NCBI GenBank assembly: GCA_039798785.1
Contig: JBDKFG010000023.1
Span: 1-63,697 of the forward strand
Reading direction: 5' to 3'
Length of the DNA stretch: 63,697 nucleotides
Origin: Verrucomicrobiota bacterium
GTDB taxonomy: Bacteria; Verrucomicrobiota; Lentisphaeria; Lentisphaerales; Lentisphaeraceae
The first letter of the stretch is position 1. Each line of letters starts with the position of its first letter. Shown one piece after another: positions 47,018 to 57,491 of this stretch. A model generated the notes under the pieces. That model did no database searches. It was not told the origin of the DNA and saw only the letters and a program-made list of their open reading frames with translations. A program made the position numbers and the translations under genes.

Positions 47018-48325
47018 TTAGAACAATCGAGCTTGGCGTTCATTGATGAGAGCAGGAGCAGCATCATGCTCATTAAGAATGCGATCAATGGAATTTTTGC
47101 CAAAACGTTTATCTAAGATGGATCGAAATTTATTGTCTTGGAAGGTTTGATAGGTTAGCGCCTTATAAACCGTTCTCACCTCAGGTACAATCTCTTTCTT
47201 AATCCTGAATAATTCAGATTCAATATCCTCCCTAAACAGCCTTTCAATATCTTCATCTGTAGCCCTGCCAAATAATATCCTCGATCTCCAACGATCTGGA
47301 ATATTATCTTTTAGCCGGTCTTTCAGCGCCAAAAGGAGTTCATTTACAATCTTATCCGCCCTTGAATTGACCGCGTCCTCAAAACCATGCTGATAGAACT
47401 CGATTTTCAGCTTTAAGGAATCAAGCTCAGATTCAAACTCCTTAATATCTTTAATGAGAATCATATTCCCATAATTAGGCACCTCTATAAAATACTTCTT
47501 CTTGAGTTCGTTTCTAATCTGATCGATAACCTGAGGACTAAATATTTCCCCGGGATGATTGTCATCAATATTCCCATCTTTATCAAATCTAGGAATAATA
47601 ATCTCAAGAGGCTCACTCGCAGAAAAGAGATTATATTTGTTTTTAAGCCGCCGCAAGACATCAGCATCCTGCACCCCCAATAGGGAGGAATCAAGATTCA
47701 ATGACCTAGTATTCAATTTATAGTTTTCAATAGTCAGTTCAATATATTGTAGCATCGAACTGAAGACCCTTTCAATTCGAGCCACATTAAACTCTTTGGG
47801 AGGTGCATTTGCGAGATCCTGCTTGACTTTATCCACCTTAGCAACCGAAATTGCATCTTTGCCGACCTCAAGTGTCTCAAAGCCTTTGCCACCCAGCGCA
47901 CAAGCATTCGCCAACTGCTCCGGCAACTGATTGTGCAGGATGATCCCGTTTGGTTTGTCCACCTGATGCGAACCCGCCTCAATCAATTCCGGCGTCGGGC
48001 TGTAAATCAAGGTGGTCTCATCAGCAATCAGCATGCCGATGCGAATGCCAGGATGATGGTTGACCGTAAGGCCCTTGCGCTGCGCCGCCTCTTGCAGGAT
48101 TTCAAAGCCGCGAAACTCAGCATCGCCATAACCCAATCGGCAGACTTCCGCATCAACATCCAAGACCAAATGTATCGCGTGCACCGGCACAAAATCCATC
48201 GCTTCCACTAAGGCAGAAGCCACTTCAGGCCGAAGCCCAGGGGCAATAAATACCAGCCGATTCGACGCCGTCGAGATCACCTCACACAAGGTGCGATCAT
48301 CGACGTTGGTGAAGGTGTTGCTCAT
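47018..48325 (-). CDS. Unknown protein inserted between hsdS and hsdR (PLD-like N-terminus)
   Basis: 435-aa ORF 1 nt after the hsdS stop; LVFIAPG...IRIGMLIAD...IYSPT. Confidence 0.7.
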   Translation of the reverse strand: MSNTFTNVDDRTLCEVISTASNRLVFIAPGLRPEVASALVEAMDFVPVHAIHLVLDVDAEVCRLGYGDAEFRGFEILQEAAQRKGLTVNHHPGIRIGMLIADETTLIYSPTPELIEAGSHQVDKPNGIILHNQLPEQLANACALGGKGFETLEVGKDAISVAKVDKVKQDLANAPPKEFNVARIERVFSSMLQYIELTIENYKLNTRSLNLDSSLLGVQDADVLRRLKNKYNLFSASEPLEIIIPRFDKDGNIDDNHPGEIFSPQVIDQIRNELKKKYFIEVPNYGNMILIKDIKEFESELDSLKLKIEFYQHGFEDAVNSRADKIVNELLLALKDRLKDNIPDRWRSRILFGRATDEDIERLFREDIESELFRIKKEIVPEVRTVYKALTYQTFQDNKFRSILDKRFGKNSIDRILNEHDAAPALINERQARLF

Positions 48326-48326
48326 C

Positions 48327-49442
48327 TCACAGCTCCCCTTTAAACGCCTGCTCCAGCAGGCTCTTCTTCAAGGCGTCCAATTCCTCGATCTTGCGCTGAT
48401 AGAGGGACTCGAGACGGCGGGTGTCTGACGAAAAATCACTGAGACGCGCTACAACTGCTCGTTGCTCAGAAACCGGAGGTAGTGGAATCGAAATATCCTT
48501 AATTTTTCCAAGGCTCAAATTCTTTTGACGGACCCCGCGACGCTCAAGTAGCAAATATGGCTTTATAGCATTAATTGCATGCAGAACGAACTCAAGATCA
48601 AGATTCTCGTTGGGTTTTACCCCGGCAATCGCTTGGTTAAAAGCTCCGTCACGATCAAGAATAGACATTTTCAATGCTGCTGTATCATACATTCCAATCA
48701 AGAGTGAGCCCTTCGGAAAGAGCTTCGCATTTGAGTTCGAGAGCCCGTCATTAGTAATCGTCCGTTCGGGGGCAATAGTGTAAGTCTCGTTTAGCTCGCC
48801 AGATGAATACCAAGGGATAATCCCACCCCAGTAGGTCTTTTCTGGAACTGAAGGAGTGCCACCACTCTGAACTTCTGCAATAAGGCTGAGCCTCTTCTCC
48901 ACCCACCCTTCCCCCCGCTGCGTAAACACCTCATTGAGGTGGCTTTCAAACAGAGCCCGGGCGTTCTTGAGGTTCTGCTCCGCCTTGGCCTTGGCACTCG
49001 CGATCGCCGCAAACGCTTCGTCCAAGATCCCGACAATCCGCTGCTGCTCGGGGAGAGGGGGGACAATGATCGAGAAATTTAGAATATCACCCTTAGCAAT
49101 AAAAGGTTGCGCTGCTCCGCGTTTTGGTAGGTCTACATGAGTGAGGAGCTGGTATAGAAATTGGCCCGTGCATGTGCCATTACGGGGAGTTAGCGTGATA
49201 GTGTTTTTGATGGCCGTAAAGTCTTCATCGGGAAGAAACATCTTGCCGCACTGTGCTCCAATTGCTGAAAGCACAGGGGTGTTCTTCAAGTGTTCTTTGT
49301 GTCCGATCCGACCATCACAGCCAGCCGCCGAAACAGCCAGATATTTACCGCCTTCAACATAAGATGCCTTTGTTAGATCGGTATTGCCCCAATCCACAAT
49401 GCAGATATCACCAAGAGTCTTTATCTCCCACCCCGCTTTCAC
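48327..49442 (-). CDS. hsdS: Type I specificity subunit
   Basis: Two TRDs with PPLPEQQRIV / PPVSEQRAVV, ends SLLEQAFKGEL. Confidence 0.92.
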   Translation of the reverse strand: MKAGWEIKTLGDICIVDWGNTDLTKASYVEGGKYLAVSAAGCDGRIGHKEHLKNTPVLSAIGAQCGKMFLPDEDFTAIKNTITLTPRNGTCTGQFLYQLLTHVDLPKRGAAQPFIAKGDILNFSIIVPPLPEQQRIVGILDEAFAAIASAKAKAEQNLKNARALFESHLNEVFTQRGEGWVEKRLSLIAEVQSGGTPSVPEKTYWGGIIPWYSSGELNETYTIAPERTITNDGLSNSNAKLFPKGSLLIGMYDTAALKMSILDRDGAFNQAIAGVKPNENLDLEFVLHAINAIKPYLLLERRGVRQKNLSLGKIKDISIPLPPVSEQRAVVARLSDFSSDTRRLESLYQRKIEELDALKKSLLEQAFKGEL

Positions 49443-51235
49443 AGCAGCCCCCGGATCTTGGCAAGGACTTCTGCGGCTTCCGCATCGAGTCTTTCGATTT
49501 CCGCAAGAATGTCCTGCGGGCTGCGGTGGACCACGACTTCGCCGCCGTCAGGGTTTTTCACCGACAGGTCCCAGGTGCTGGTATCGACGCTGGCCATGTC
49601 GAGGCTCCAGCTTTTCGCGGAGTCCGCAAAGGTCTTTTGCAGCTCCAGGAATTCCTTCAGGTCGCCGTCGTTGAGGGGATTGGTCTTACCCATGTTGCGG
49701 CCCGGATCGAGCTGGTAGAACCAGGTCTTGCGGGTCGGCGAGCCCTTCTCGAAGAAGAGGACCACGGTTTTAACGCCGGCGCCGAGGAATGTGCCGCCGG
49801 GGCAGTCCAGCACCGTGTGCAGATTGCAGCTCTCGAGCAGCAGCTTGCGCAGGCTCACCGAGGCGTTGTCGGTGTTGGAGAGGAAGGTATTCTTGATCAC
49901 CACGCCAGCGCGGCCGCCGGGGCGCAGCATCTTGATGAAGTGCTGCAGGAAGAGGAAGGCGGTTTCGCCGGTGCGGATGGGGAAGTTCTGCTGCACCTCG
50001 GCCTTCTCTTTGCCGCCGAAAGGCGGGTTGGCCAGGATCACATCGAAGCGGTCCTTCTCCTGGATGTCGCTCAGGTTCTCGGCCAGGGTGTTGGTATGGA
50101 TGATGTTCGGCGCCTCGATGCCGTGCAAGATCATGTTCATGATCGCGATGACATAGGCCAGCGACTTCTTCTCCTTGCCGTAGAAGGTCCGCTCCTGCAG
50201 CGTCCGCAGGTCATTGACGCGAAGATTCGGCTTGGCGCGCAGATAGTCGAAGGCCTCGCACAAGAAGCCGGCAGAGCCGACGGCGCCGTCGTAAACTGTC
50301 TCGCCGATCTTCGGGTCGACCACCTGGATGATGGCGCGGATCAAGGGGCGCGGCGTGTAGTATTCGCCGCCGTTTTTCCCCGCGTTGCCCATGTTCTTGA
50401 TCTTCGTTTCGTACAGGTAGGAGAGCTCATGCTTCTCCGTCTGCGAGCGGAAGCGCAGAGCGTCGATGTACTCGATGATCTCCCGCAAACTGTAGCCGCT
50501 CTGCATCTTGTTGCGGATCTCGCCAAAGATCTCGCCAATCTTGTATTCCAGCGTATTCGGCCCAGTCGCCTTAGCCTTGAAGCCCTGCAGGTAGGGGAAG
50601 AGCTTTTGGTTGACGAAGTCCCGTAGATCATCGCCGCTGAGTGCCGTGTTGTGATCGATTTTGCCGTCGGCACCCTTCGGCGCCGCCCAGGCTTCCCAAC
50701 GGTAAGCCGGCTCGAGGATGAAGTTGTATTCCCGGCCTTCCAGCTCAGCTTCCATCGCCTTGTCCTGTTCCAGGCCGTCGAGGTATTTCAGGAACAGCAT
50801 CCACGAAGTCTGCTCGGTGTAGTCCAGCTCGCTGCTGCACCCCGCGTCTTTCCATAGCACATCATCGATGTTGCGGAAGGCCTGTTCGAAGGCCGAGCCG
50901 CCCTTCTTGCTCTCCGGCTTGCTCTTGGGCGGCGGCGGGGCTTCATCGTCCTCATCCTCGCCCTCTTCGTCGGCTTCGGCGCGAACCTTGGCTTCCCGCA
51001 CCTTGCGGACCTTGGCCGGTTTTTCGAGGCCAGGAAGGCTTTCCTGAGCCTCGAAGCCAGTGAGCTTCACCGAGCCACCGCGGCCGCGCCCCGTCTCGAT
51101 CTTGCCCTCGGTGATCAGTTCAGCCTTGACGGCTTCATACTGAGCATCGTCGAGATTCAGCAGCGACTGCAGCTTGCCGTTGCCGGCGGAGCCGCCGAGG
51201 GATTCGAGTTTGGCGAGGAAAGTTTCGGTAGACAT
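49439..51235 (-). CDS. hsdM: Type I m6A methyltransferase with an N-terminal wHTH-like extension
   Basis: GEYYTPR, YDGAVGSAGF, NPPF; extra N-terminal ...TGRGRGGSV domain and acidic linker. Confidence 0.93.
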   Translation of the reverse strand: MSTETFLAKLESLGGSAGNGKLQSLLNLDDAQYEAVKAELITEGKIETGRGRGGSVKLTGFEAQESLPGLEKPAKVRKVREAKVRAEADEEGEDEDDEAPPPPKSKPESKKGGSAFEQAFRNIDDVLWKDAGCSSELDYTEQTSWMLFLKYLDGLEQDKAMEAELEGREYNFILEPAYRWEAWAAPKGADGKIDHNTALSGDDLRDFVNQKLFPYLQGFKAKATGPNTLEYKIGEIFGEIRNKMQSGYSLREIIEYIDALRFRSQTEKHELSYLYETKIKNMGNAGKNGGEYYTPRPLIRAIIQVVDPKIGETVYDGAVGSAGFLCEAFDYLRAKPNLRVNDLRTLQERTFYGKEKKSLAYVIAIMNMILHGIEAPNIIHTNTLAENLSDIQEKDRFDVILANPPFGGKEKAEVQQNFPIRTGETAFLFLQHFIKMLRPGGRAGVVIKNTFLSNTDNASVSLRKLLLESCNLHTVLDCPGGTFLGAGVKTVVLFFEKGSPTRKTWFYQLDPGRNMGKTNPLNDGDLKEFLELQKTFADSAKSWSLDMASVDTSTWDLSVKNPDGGEVVVHRSPQDILAEIERLDAEAAEVLAKIRGLL

Positions 51236-51564
51236 GGAGGACCTTTAGGTGTTAGACTGCGCACTATAGCACACAAGGGAGATGAGTCCAAACTTTCGTG
51301 AGGTTACCCTTCAGTGAAACCTAGACGCCCTACCTGCGACATTTTGATGTTCCATGCCCAAGAATTCGAAAAAAAATCTTTTCCAAGTCACCCTTCGCCA
51401 CCCCGCCGTCAGCACCACGATCAAGCTCAAAACCGACGATCGCTTAGCCGGGATCATTTCTGACCCTCGGACCTTGATTTGAGCTCAAAAAGCACCACTG
51501 ACTAAGCCGCTTCATAGCCCGTGTACATGCGCGAGGCCCGACCAAGCGATGGACCGGGGATCGC

Positions 51565-52839
51565 TTAGTCGCCCTCGAGGCGTTCGCGCATGTCGCAGAT
51601 CACCCGCCAGGCGGTCTTCGGCGAGGCGCCCTGCAAGGCCGTCAGGATCCACTCCGGCACCCCGGCAGCGGCGCTTCCGGCGGGCTTGGCGTCATCTTTC
51701 GCCAGTCGACCCGCCAGCTTCTCCATGTGCTCCTTCTTGGCCGCTTCCGTGGCGTGGTTGGCGTAGTGCATCGTCATCTCCTGCGACATGTGCCCCACCA
51801 TGCCCTGCACCACCGGCAGCGGAATCCCCGCCTCCGCCGCGAGGTAGACGAAGGTGTGTCGCAGCGAGTGCAGATCCCGCGTCGAGCGCTTGCGCATCCC
51901 CTCGCCGACCGATTCCTGGGTGTCGAAGCCCAGCTTCTTCAGGACCTGCTTAAAGCCCTGGGTCAGTGGCGAGGGATTGCTTGTCCATTGCTCGGCCAGT
52001 TCGGGGAAGACATGGACATCCTTGGGCTTGCGCTTGACCTGCTCGAGCAGGGTGCGCAAGGCCGGCAGCAGCGGCACCGCCACATTCACCCGGGTTTTGC
52101 GGGTTTTGATCCGCAACATGCCGGTCTTCAGATCGAGGTCTTCCCAGGCGAGGCGGGCGGCATCGCCGGCGCGCAGGCCGGTGCAGATGCAGGTCGTCAC
52201 CAGCGCATGAAGCTGCGGATTGTCGGCCACCGCCGCCAGCAGCTCCTTGACCTGGTCATGGCTGAAGGCCTCCCGCGACACCGAGTCGGAGCGCACCGTG
52301 CTGATCTTGCCGAAGGGATTGCGGCTGAGTCCGGCGCGTTCCCAGCAGACCTCGAAAACCGCCAGCAGGACGCCGCGGGCGACATTGAGCGACCTCGCCC
52401 CCAGCTTGTCCTGGCAAGGGCCCGGACGGCGCACCCAGCGCCCCGAAAGACGCAGGTGCGTCATGTAGGCGGCGGTGATCTCCGGCGTCACCCGGCCGAC
52501 ATGCGGCGCCCCTTGGTTCTCGGCGTAGGCGGCGAAGTCCTCCCACCAACCTTGGCAGGCGAGGCGGCGGGTTTCACCCGCCTCCCGCTTTTTCGGTGCG
52601 GCCAGATACATCTCCCAAGCAGAATGCCAAGAAAGGGGTTCTGCCTTGCTGCGGATCTTCCGGACCGCTTCCGCGAGCTCTTCCGTGGACCGGCTCGATT
52701 TCATCGCTCCGACGTTATCCTTGGCCCACGCCATGGCCAACTTTTTATCAGCATGTCCGGTGCTTCGCCAGACATCCTTTCCGTCTATCTGGACCCTGAC
52801 CGACCAGAAGCCTTGGGCACCCCTTTGTATCAATTTCAT
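51565..52839 (-). CDS. int: Prophage integrase (tyrosine recombinase)
   Basis: GGAGG RBS; TGLRAGD, KT, LHSLRH, VGH, HY; adjacent to attR. Confidence 0.9.
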   Translation of the reverse strand: MKLIQRGAQGFWSVRVQIDGKDVWRSTGHADKKLAMAWAKDNVGAMKSSRSTEELAEAVRKIRSKAEPLSWHSAWEMYLAAPKKREAGETRRLACQGWWEDFAAYAENQGAPHVGRVTPEITAAYMTHLRLSGRWVRRPGPCQDKLGARSLNVARGVLLAVFEVCWERAGLSRNPFGKISTVRSDSVSREAFSHDQVKELLAAVADNPQLHALVTTCICTGLRAGDAARLAWEDLDLKTGMLRIKTRKTRVNVAVPLLPALRTLLEQVKRKPKDVHVFPELAEQWTSNPSPLTQGFKQVLKKLGFDTQESVGEGMRKRSTRDLHSLRHTFVYLAAEAGIPLPVVQGMVGHMSQEMTMHYANHATEAAKKEHMEKLAGRLAKDDAKPAGSAAAGVPEWILTALQGASPKTAWRVICDMRERLEGD

Positions 52840-52862
52840 ACACCCTCCTTTGAGCACGATAA

Positions 52863-52884
52863 CTTGCTACGACATTTGCTACAG
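52863..52884 (+). promoter_or_regulatory. Putative integrase arm-binding site pair
   Basis: CTTGCTACGACATTTGCTACAG, matches 11385-11406. Confidence 0.65.
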
Positions 52885-53016
52885 TCCACTGTGTCCGAAC
52901 CAGTCCGACTGAGCACGAAACGCCCCAAAATTCCCCTCCGAAAAATCGTCATTTTTGCTTTTGCAATCAACTCTTATTAAGCGACTTACAAAACCAGTTT
53001 CGATTGGCGATTTTAT

Positions 53017-53064
53017 TGCCTTCCAAGCAGAATGTCGTGGGTTCAAATCCCATCGCCCGCTCCA
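53017..53064 (+). repeat. attR core (duplicated tRNA-Gly 3' end); also the left end of the second element
   Basis: 48-bp identity with 11280-11327. Confidence 0.95.
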
Positions 53065-53082
53065 GATTTCTCCTTCAGAATC

Positions 53083-53112
53083 AAGCCCTTGCAGCAGTGT
53101 AAGGGCTTTTTT
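53083..53112 (+). terminator. Intrinsic terminator after attR
   Basis: AAGCCCTTGCA-GCAG-TGTAAGGGCTT plus T run. Confidence 0.75.
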
Positions 53113-53226
53113 CTTGCCTCTCTTGTGTTTCCTTGGTTGAGCTTGGCTTTTCTTGACACGCGCCTCAAATGGGTATCAATTCGGGTATCACCTGAAAAGG
53201 GTAGCGACAAGGCAAGGGAGGATCTC

Positions 53227-54621
53227 ATGGGACGGCATGGCGAAGGCACTCTGATCAATCGCAACGGCACCTGGGTTCACAAGACCCGAATCAACGGCAA
53301 GGACACCCGCCGCTCGACGGGCTGCACCAATCGCAAAGATGCCGAAGCTTGGGTGAAGGCAAACATCACGCCAATCGCCAGCGCCAAGAACGCCGATGAG
53401 GCCCGCGAGCGCGTCAGGGAAATCCGCTCCAACGCCGCTCGGGTCAGCTTGGCGGATGCTTACGAGCTCTTCACCAGATCCCCCCGGAAGAAACAAGCCG
53501 GAGAGAAACAGGCCCGCACCGTCCTCGCCTACTGGAATGATTTTTTCACCTGGGCCGAAGCCCATGAACTTAAACACCTCGCTCAAATCACGCCGGAGCA
53601 CGCGGCGGCCTACCTCAATCGCCTCACCGAGTTTGGCCGCTTCGCCGACTCGCGCCCCGGGGTTGCGCCAAAGCCGATTTCCGCGCGATCCCGAAATGCC
53701 TATCACATCAACATCAAAGCGGTTTTCCAGGCTGGACTGAGTGCCGCTTCCCTCAAGCACAATCCCTTCGATCTGCCGAAGGCGGAAAACGACTCGGAGG
53801 AGCGCGAGGCCTTCGAGCTGGACGAGCTCCGGAGAATCGGCGAAGCGGTCAAAGGACACGCCACACTCTGGCCGCTTGTCATCATCGCCACCTGCACCGG
53901 ATTGCGGGCCGGTGACGCTTGCTGCTTGACTTGGGAAGAAGTCGATCTGGATGGCTTCCCTGGATTCATCGTCAAGAAGACCAGCAAGACCGGGAAAGCG
54001 GTCTCGATCCCAATGCTGCCGCCGCTTCGCGAGCTCTTGGAAGAGCTGAAAGCCAAGTCTGAGACTCCGAATCTCAAAACCGCTTTGGGCGAGCAGGCGT
54101 CGATGGAGCAGTATGTCTGCCCTGCCCTTGCCTCCCAGTATCAACGCAACGCCTGCAAACTCTCTCACGACTTCGGCGCCGTCCTTGACCGCCTCGGCAT
54201 TGCTCGAGAAAGAAATGTCGCCGGCAGGAGTCGGCCGCATGTCTTCAAAGACCTGCATAGCTTCCGCCACACCTTCGTCTATCTCGCTGCTGAAGCTGGA
54301 ATTCCTCTCGCCGTGGTGCAAGGGATTGTGGGACACGCGACACAGCGAATGACCCAGCATTACGCCAATCACGCCACGAAACTCGCCAAGATTGAGCACA
54401 TGAAAAAGCTTCCCGACTTCTTTGGCGCACAAGTGACCAGCGACGAAAGCGTCAAAGTCTTGACTGGCAACGCGAGTGTCAAAGTCTCCGGCCACGACAG
54501 CGCAAGCCTGGTGACTGGCGACGCCGATAGGCTGCTGGCGATCGAGAAGATCCTGCGCGGAGCCACCAAAGACACTGCGTGGAAGGATATCAAACGGGCG
54601 CTGATTGAGTTGGAGGAGTAG
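53227..54621 (+). CDS. int: Integrase of the second element
   Basis: GGAGG RBS; GRHGEGT start, TGLRAGD, KTSKT, LHSFRH, VGH, HY. Confidence 0.9.
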   Translation: MGRHGEGTLINRNGTWVHKTRINGKDTRRSTGCTNRKDAEAWVKANITPIASAKNADEARERVREIRSNAARVSLADAYELFTRSPRKKQAGEKQARTVLAYWNDFFTWAEAHELKHLAQITPEHAAAYLNRLTEFGRFADSRPGVAPKPISARSRNAYHINIKAVFQAGLSAASLKHNPFDLPKAENDSEEREAFELDELRRIGEAVKGHATLWPLVIIATCTGLRAGDACCLTWEEVDLDGFPGFIVKKTSKTGKAVSIPMLPPLRELLEELKAKSETPNLKTALGEQASMEQYVCPALASQYQRNACKLSHDFGAVLDRLGIARERNVAGRSRPHVFKDLHSFRHTFVYLAAEAGIPLAVVQGIVGHATQRMTQHYANHATKLAKIEHMKKLPDFFGAQVTSDESVKVLTGNASVKVSGHDSASLVTGDADRLLAIEKILRGATKDTAWKDIKRALIELEE

Positions 54622-54663
54622 CCCCCGAAACCCCATCACCAAACACCAACAAGGAACTCGATT

Positions 54664-55182
54664 ATGGTCGGCAGGAAGAAAGGCAGCGGCTCATATCTAT
54701 ACCGTTTGAAGGAGAGGGCTCACCTCTACTCGGAAGCGGAGATCACCGCGCATCTGAGCGTCAGCCGCGGGGGCCTTAAGTCGAGAATCGACAGCGGCGA
54801 GCTGATCCGGATCTCCATGGGCAAGCGGACTCGAGAGGAATTGCGTCAGGAGGCGGAAGTCGCGGCGGCCAAGGAGCAGGAGGAGGCCAGGCATGGGGCA
54901 GGAAGCCATGAACTCAGCTCCTGGAGCGTTGATTCCGTCATCGAGGGGCTGGAGCTGGCTCGCGTGATCATCCGTCGGGTTCCGGCTCATGAGATAGACA
55001 AGACGCTGGAACGGGCGCAGAAGCTGGCTCGAAACGGCACTTGGCGAGGCCACGGCGAGCTCCTCGACGCTCTCTTCGGCGTCACCCCTGTGAATGCCCA
55101 TAAACTGGCGGCAGAACTCTTTCCGGCATCTTTGTCACAGCAGAGAGAACGAGCGCAGAAGCAAGACAGGACGGCGGACTGA
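54664..55182 (+). CDS. Excisionase-like HTH protein
   Basis: LYSEAEITAHLSVSRGGLKSRIDSGELIRISMG; AAGGA RBS. Confidence 0.55.
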   Translation: MVGRKKGSGSYLYRLKERAHLYSEAEITAHLSVSRGGLKSRIDSGELIRISMGKRTREELRQEAEVAAAKEQEEARHGAGSHELSSWSVDSVIEGLELARVIIRRVPAHEIDKTLERAQKLARNGTWRGHGELLDALFGVTPVNAHKLAAELFPASLSQQRERAQKQDRTAD

Positions 55183-55424
55183 TTTCCGCCTCATTTCCGC
55201 ATGGTTTGGGGAGCTGTGCAAGATTGATTCAGGAAGTGTTGCGGGGCTAGCCTCTGAATGAGTTCTGGTGAATCGTGGTCGCATCCGGCAAGCCGCCGGG
55301 CAATAACCCGAAACCAAGAGACACCCATGCCACACCTCGCTCGTCGCCCCGTCGACAGAATTTTCGAGTCGCCATTTGCGACTGCCGCAGCATCCTCGCA
55401 CTCCGACAAGGAGGCTTGCCCCCG

Positions 55425-56687
55425 ATGAAACTGTACCGTCGCAAGCTGAAGTCCGGGTTGAGCCGCAATTACTCCGTGCGTCTGAGGATCAAGGATCGGG
55501 AGATCCGCCTCAGCACCGGGCAAAGCACCTACGCCGAGGCGAAAGCCTGGGTCGAGCGCCATGTCCAGCCCTTGAAGGAGGCCCGCCATGTCGCCGCTTT
55601 GGAAAAGGCGGCGCAGCAAGCACTCGCCGCCGCTCCCTTGCCGTTGCTTGATGAGCGAGGCCAGGATCTGCCTGCACGCAACCAGGCCCATGCCGAACGA
55701 CGCCTGAAGCACAGGCAGTCGCCGGGATATGTGCCGCGCAAGGAAGTGAAGCGTCCGAGCGCCTGGATCTGCTTCCTCCAAGCTCACCCCAGCCTCAGCG
55801 CCAACCAACAGCAATCCTGCTTGGGAAGCCTGCGCAGCTTCGCCGCCTGGGTGAGCAAAAGCGCCGAAGAAAAGCTGAGCACTCGTCGCCGTCTGGCGGC
55901 AGGTGTCCATGTCGCCGCCATCACCCAGGAGCATGCCCGTGATTGGCTGCGCTCGCTGCAGGCCGAGGGGCTTGCTGGCGTCACCCTGCGGAGGCACCGG
56001 CAGCGACTGCTGCGCATCTTCGACGCCGCCGCTGAACTGGCCGGCATCCGCCGCAACCCCTTTCGCGAGGCTGCCGCGCCCGCTGCTGATGGCGCCAGCC
56101 GACGCGCCTTCTCCCCGGATGAATTGCGGCAGATCCTGGCGGAGTCGGCCAAGGAGGAGATCGGTCCGCTGGTCGCCATCGCCGTCTGCACCGGCCTCCG
56201 CCTCGGCGACGCCGTCACCCTGCGTTGGGATGAGATCGACATCCATCGCAATTGCTTCCGCCGCATCACCAGCAAGACTCGGACTGAAGTTGAGATCCCC
56301 ATCCTGCCGCCGCTTGCCGCCTGGCTGCAAGGTCGCAAGGACAAGGACAAGACTGGACTCCTCCTGCCGGATCTGGCCGCTCTCTACCGCAGCCGACCTG
56401 GCGAGATTTCGAGCCGCTTCGGCAAGCTATTGGATCGTCTCGGTATCCGGCGCAAGGAAGCTCTTCCGGGGCGGGCCCGACCCGTCACGGTCAAGTCCTT
56501 CCACGCCTTGAGGCATTCCTTTGTCTATCTCGCCGCCGAAGCGCAAGTGCCCCTGCCGGTCATCGTCGCCATCGTCGGCCACAGCAGCGCTCGGATGACC
56601 GAGCGCTACGCAGCTCACACCACGCTTGAGGCGAAGCAGAAACTGCTGGAGAAGGTCGGCATCTCGCGACTTTTCGGGGCGGAGTGA
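55425..56687 (+). CDS. Tyrosine recombinase, close paralogue of 15609-16871
   Basis: GGAGG RBS; MKLYRR start, collinear similarity along the whole length, FHALRH, VGH, RY. Confidence 0.88.
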   Translation: MKLYRRKLKSGLSRNYSVRLRIKDREIRLSTGQSTYAEAKAWVERHVQPLKEARHVAALEKAAQQALAAAPLPLLDERGQDLPARNQAHAERRLKHRQSPGYVPRKEVKRPSAWICFLQAHPSLSANQQQSCLGSLRSFAAWVSKSAEEKLSTRRRLAAGVHVAAITQEHARDWLRSLQAEGLAGVTLRRHRQRLLRIFDAAAELAGIRRNPFREAAAPAADGASRRAFSPDELRQILAESAKEEIGPLVAIAVCTGLRLGDAVTLRWDEIDIHRNCFRRITSKTRTEVEIPILPPLAAWLQGRKDKDKTGLLLPDLAALYRSRPGEISSRFGKLLDRLGIRRKEALPGRARPVTVKSFHALRHSFVYLAAEAQVPLPVIVAIVGHSSARMTERYAAHTTLEAKQKLLEKVGISRLFGAE

Positions 56688-57491
56688 GCGTCGCCGACGG
56701 CCTCAGCTCAGCCATTCGCGGTTCGCGATTCTGCAGGGCAGGGGATAGGCACCGAGGGCGCCAAGGCGCGGGTGGAGTGTGGAGTCGAGTGGTAGAGCTG
56801 GTCGCTGGTCGTCGAAGAAGAAAGAAGATCAGTCCTTGTCGAGGCCGACGAGGGAGAAGGCAAGACTTCGGCGACATCCAGGCCCAGAAGTGGAGGGAGC
56901 TTATTACCCGCTGACGTGCCGACGCAGCCCGGGCAGTGACGATGGCGCTGCCTAGCTGCGGGCGGTAGCTCAGCTCGGATCCATGATCTTCGGTCACGCA
57001 GATCTGTTTGAGTTTCTGCAGTTGGGGGGCTGGCTGTCGAGGAAAGGTTTGAGCTTTGAGCGCGATCTCCGCAGCGCGTTTCTCCGCGTGAGACAAGCCG
57101 GCTGCGGTGCCTTCGTCGTTTCTCTTCGGCGTCGAAATGCCCCTCCAAGCGGCGTAGAGAGTAGAGATTCATCGCCAGCTCCAGCCCACGCCCGGTCTCA
57201 AGGCCTTGACGGTCCCCGCCGACGACAGTTCTGAGCGGGGCTGTCGCGAGGAGAAGTGAGAAGTTCAGCGGCTTCCTGTCGCACGAGGAACTCGAACTCC
57301 TGCGCCAAATTCCCACTCCCCACTCGCCCGTTCCGCGCATTTCCCGACGCCGCCTTTTTGCCGATGCGAAGCCGCCGCGATAGCCCCTTTGCTGCCTTGG
57401 CCTTGGGCACCTTGGACTTCTGTGGAGGAGGAAACGGGTCATGGGCTCAGGATAGATTCAGGGCGACACGTGGCAAGCGGAGAAGAGGACG

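Larger units (their letters stand above)
11280..53064. mobile_element. Prophage (~41.8 kb, podovirus-type) integrated in tRNA-Gly
   Basis: 48-bp exact direct repeat at both ends, integrase next to the right repeat, repressor, replication, terminase, portal, capsid, tail and ejection genes. Confidence 0.93.
53017..56687. mobile_element. Second tRNA-Gly-targeting integrative element in tandem; right boundary not found
   Basis: Integrase ~160 bp from the att copy, Xis-like gene, second recombinase. Confidence 0.65.

Noticed and set aside
53017..53064. Second tRNA gene
   Set aside because: Lacks the 5' acceptor strand and D-arm; it is the att duplication
53032..53226. N-terminal extensions in the ORF track (also 55275, 47103, 12432, 4098, 1867)
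   Set aside because: They run through att, terminator, promoter or neighbouring genes; downstream starts fit RBS position or domain boundaries better
56688..57491. Coding gene or ncRNA between the recombinase and the transposase
   Set aside because: Several overlapping ORFs without motifs or consistent codon bias; probably decayed sequence, no call supportable
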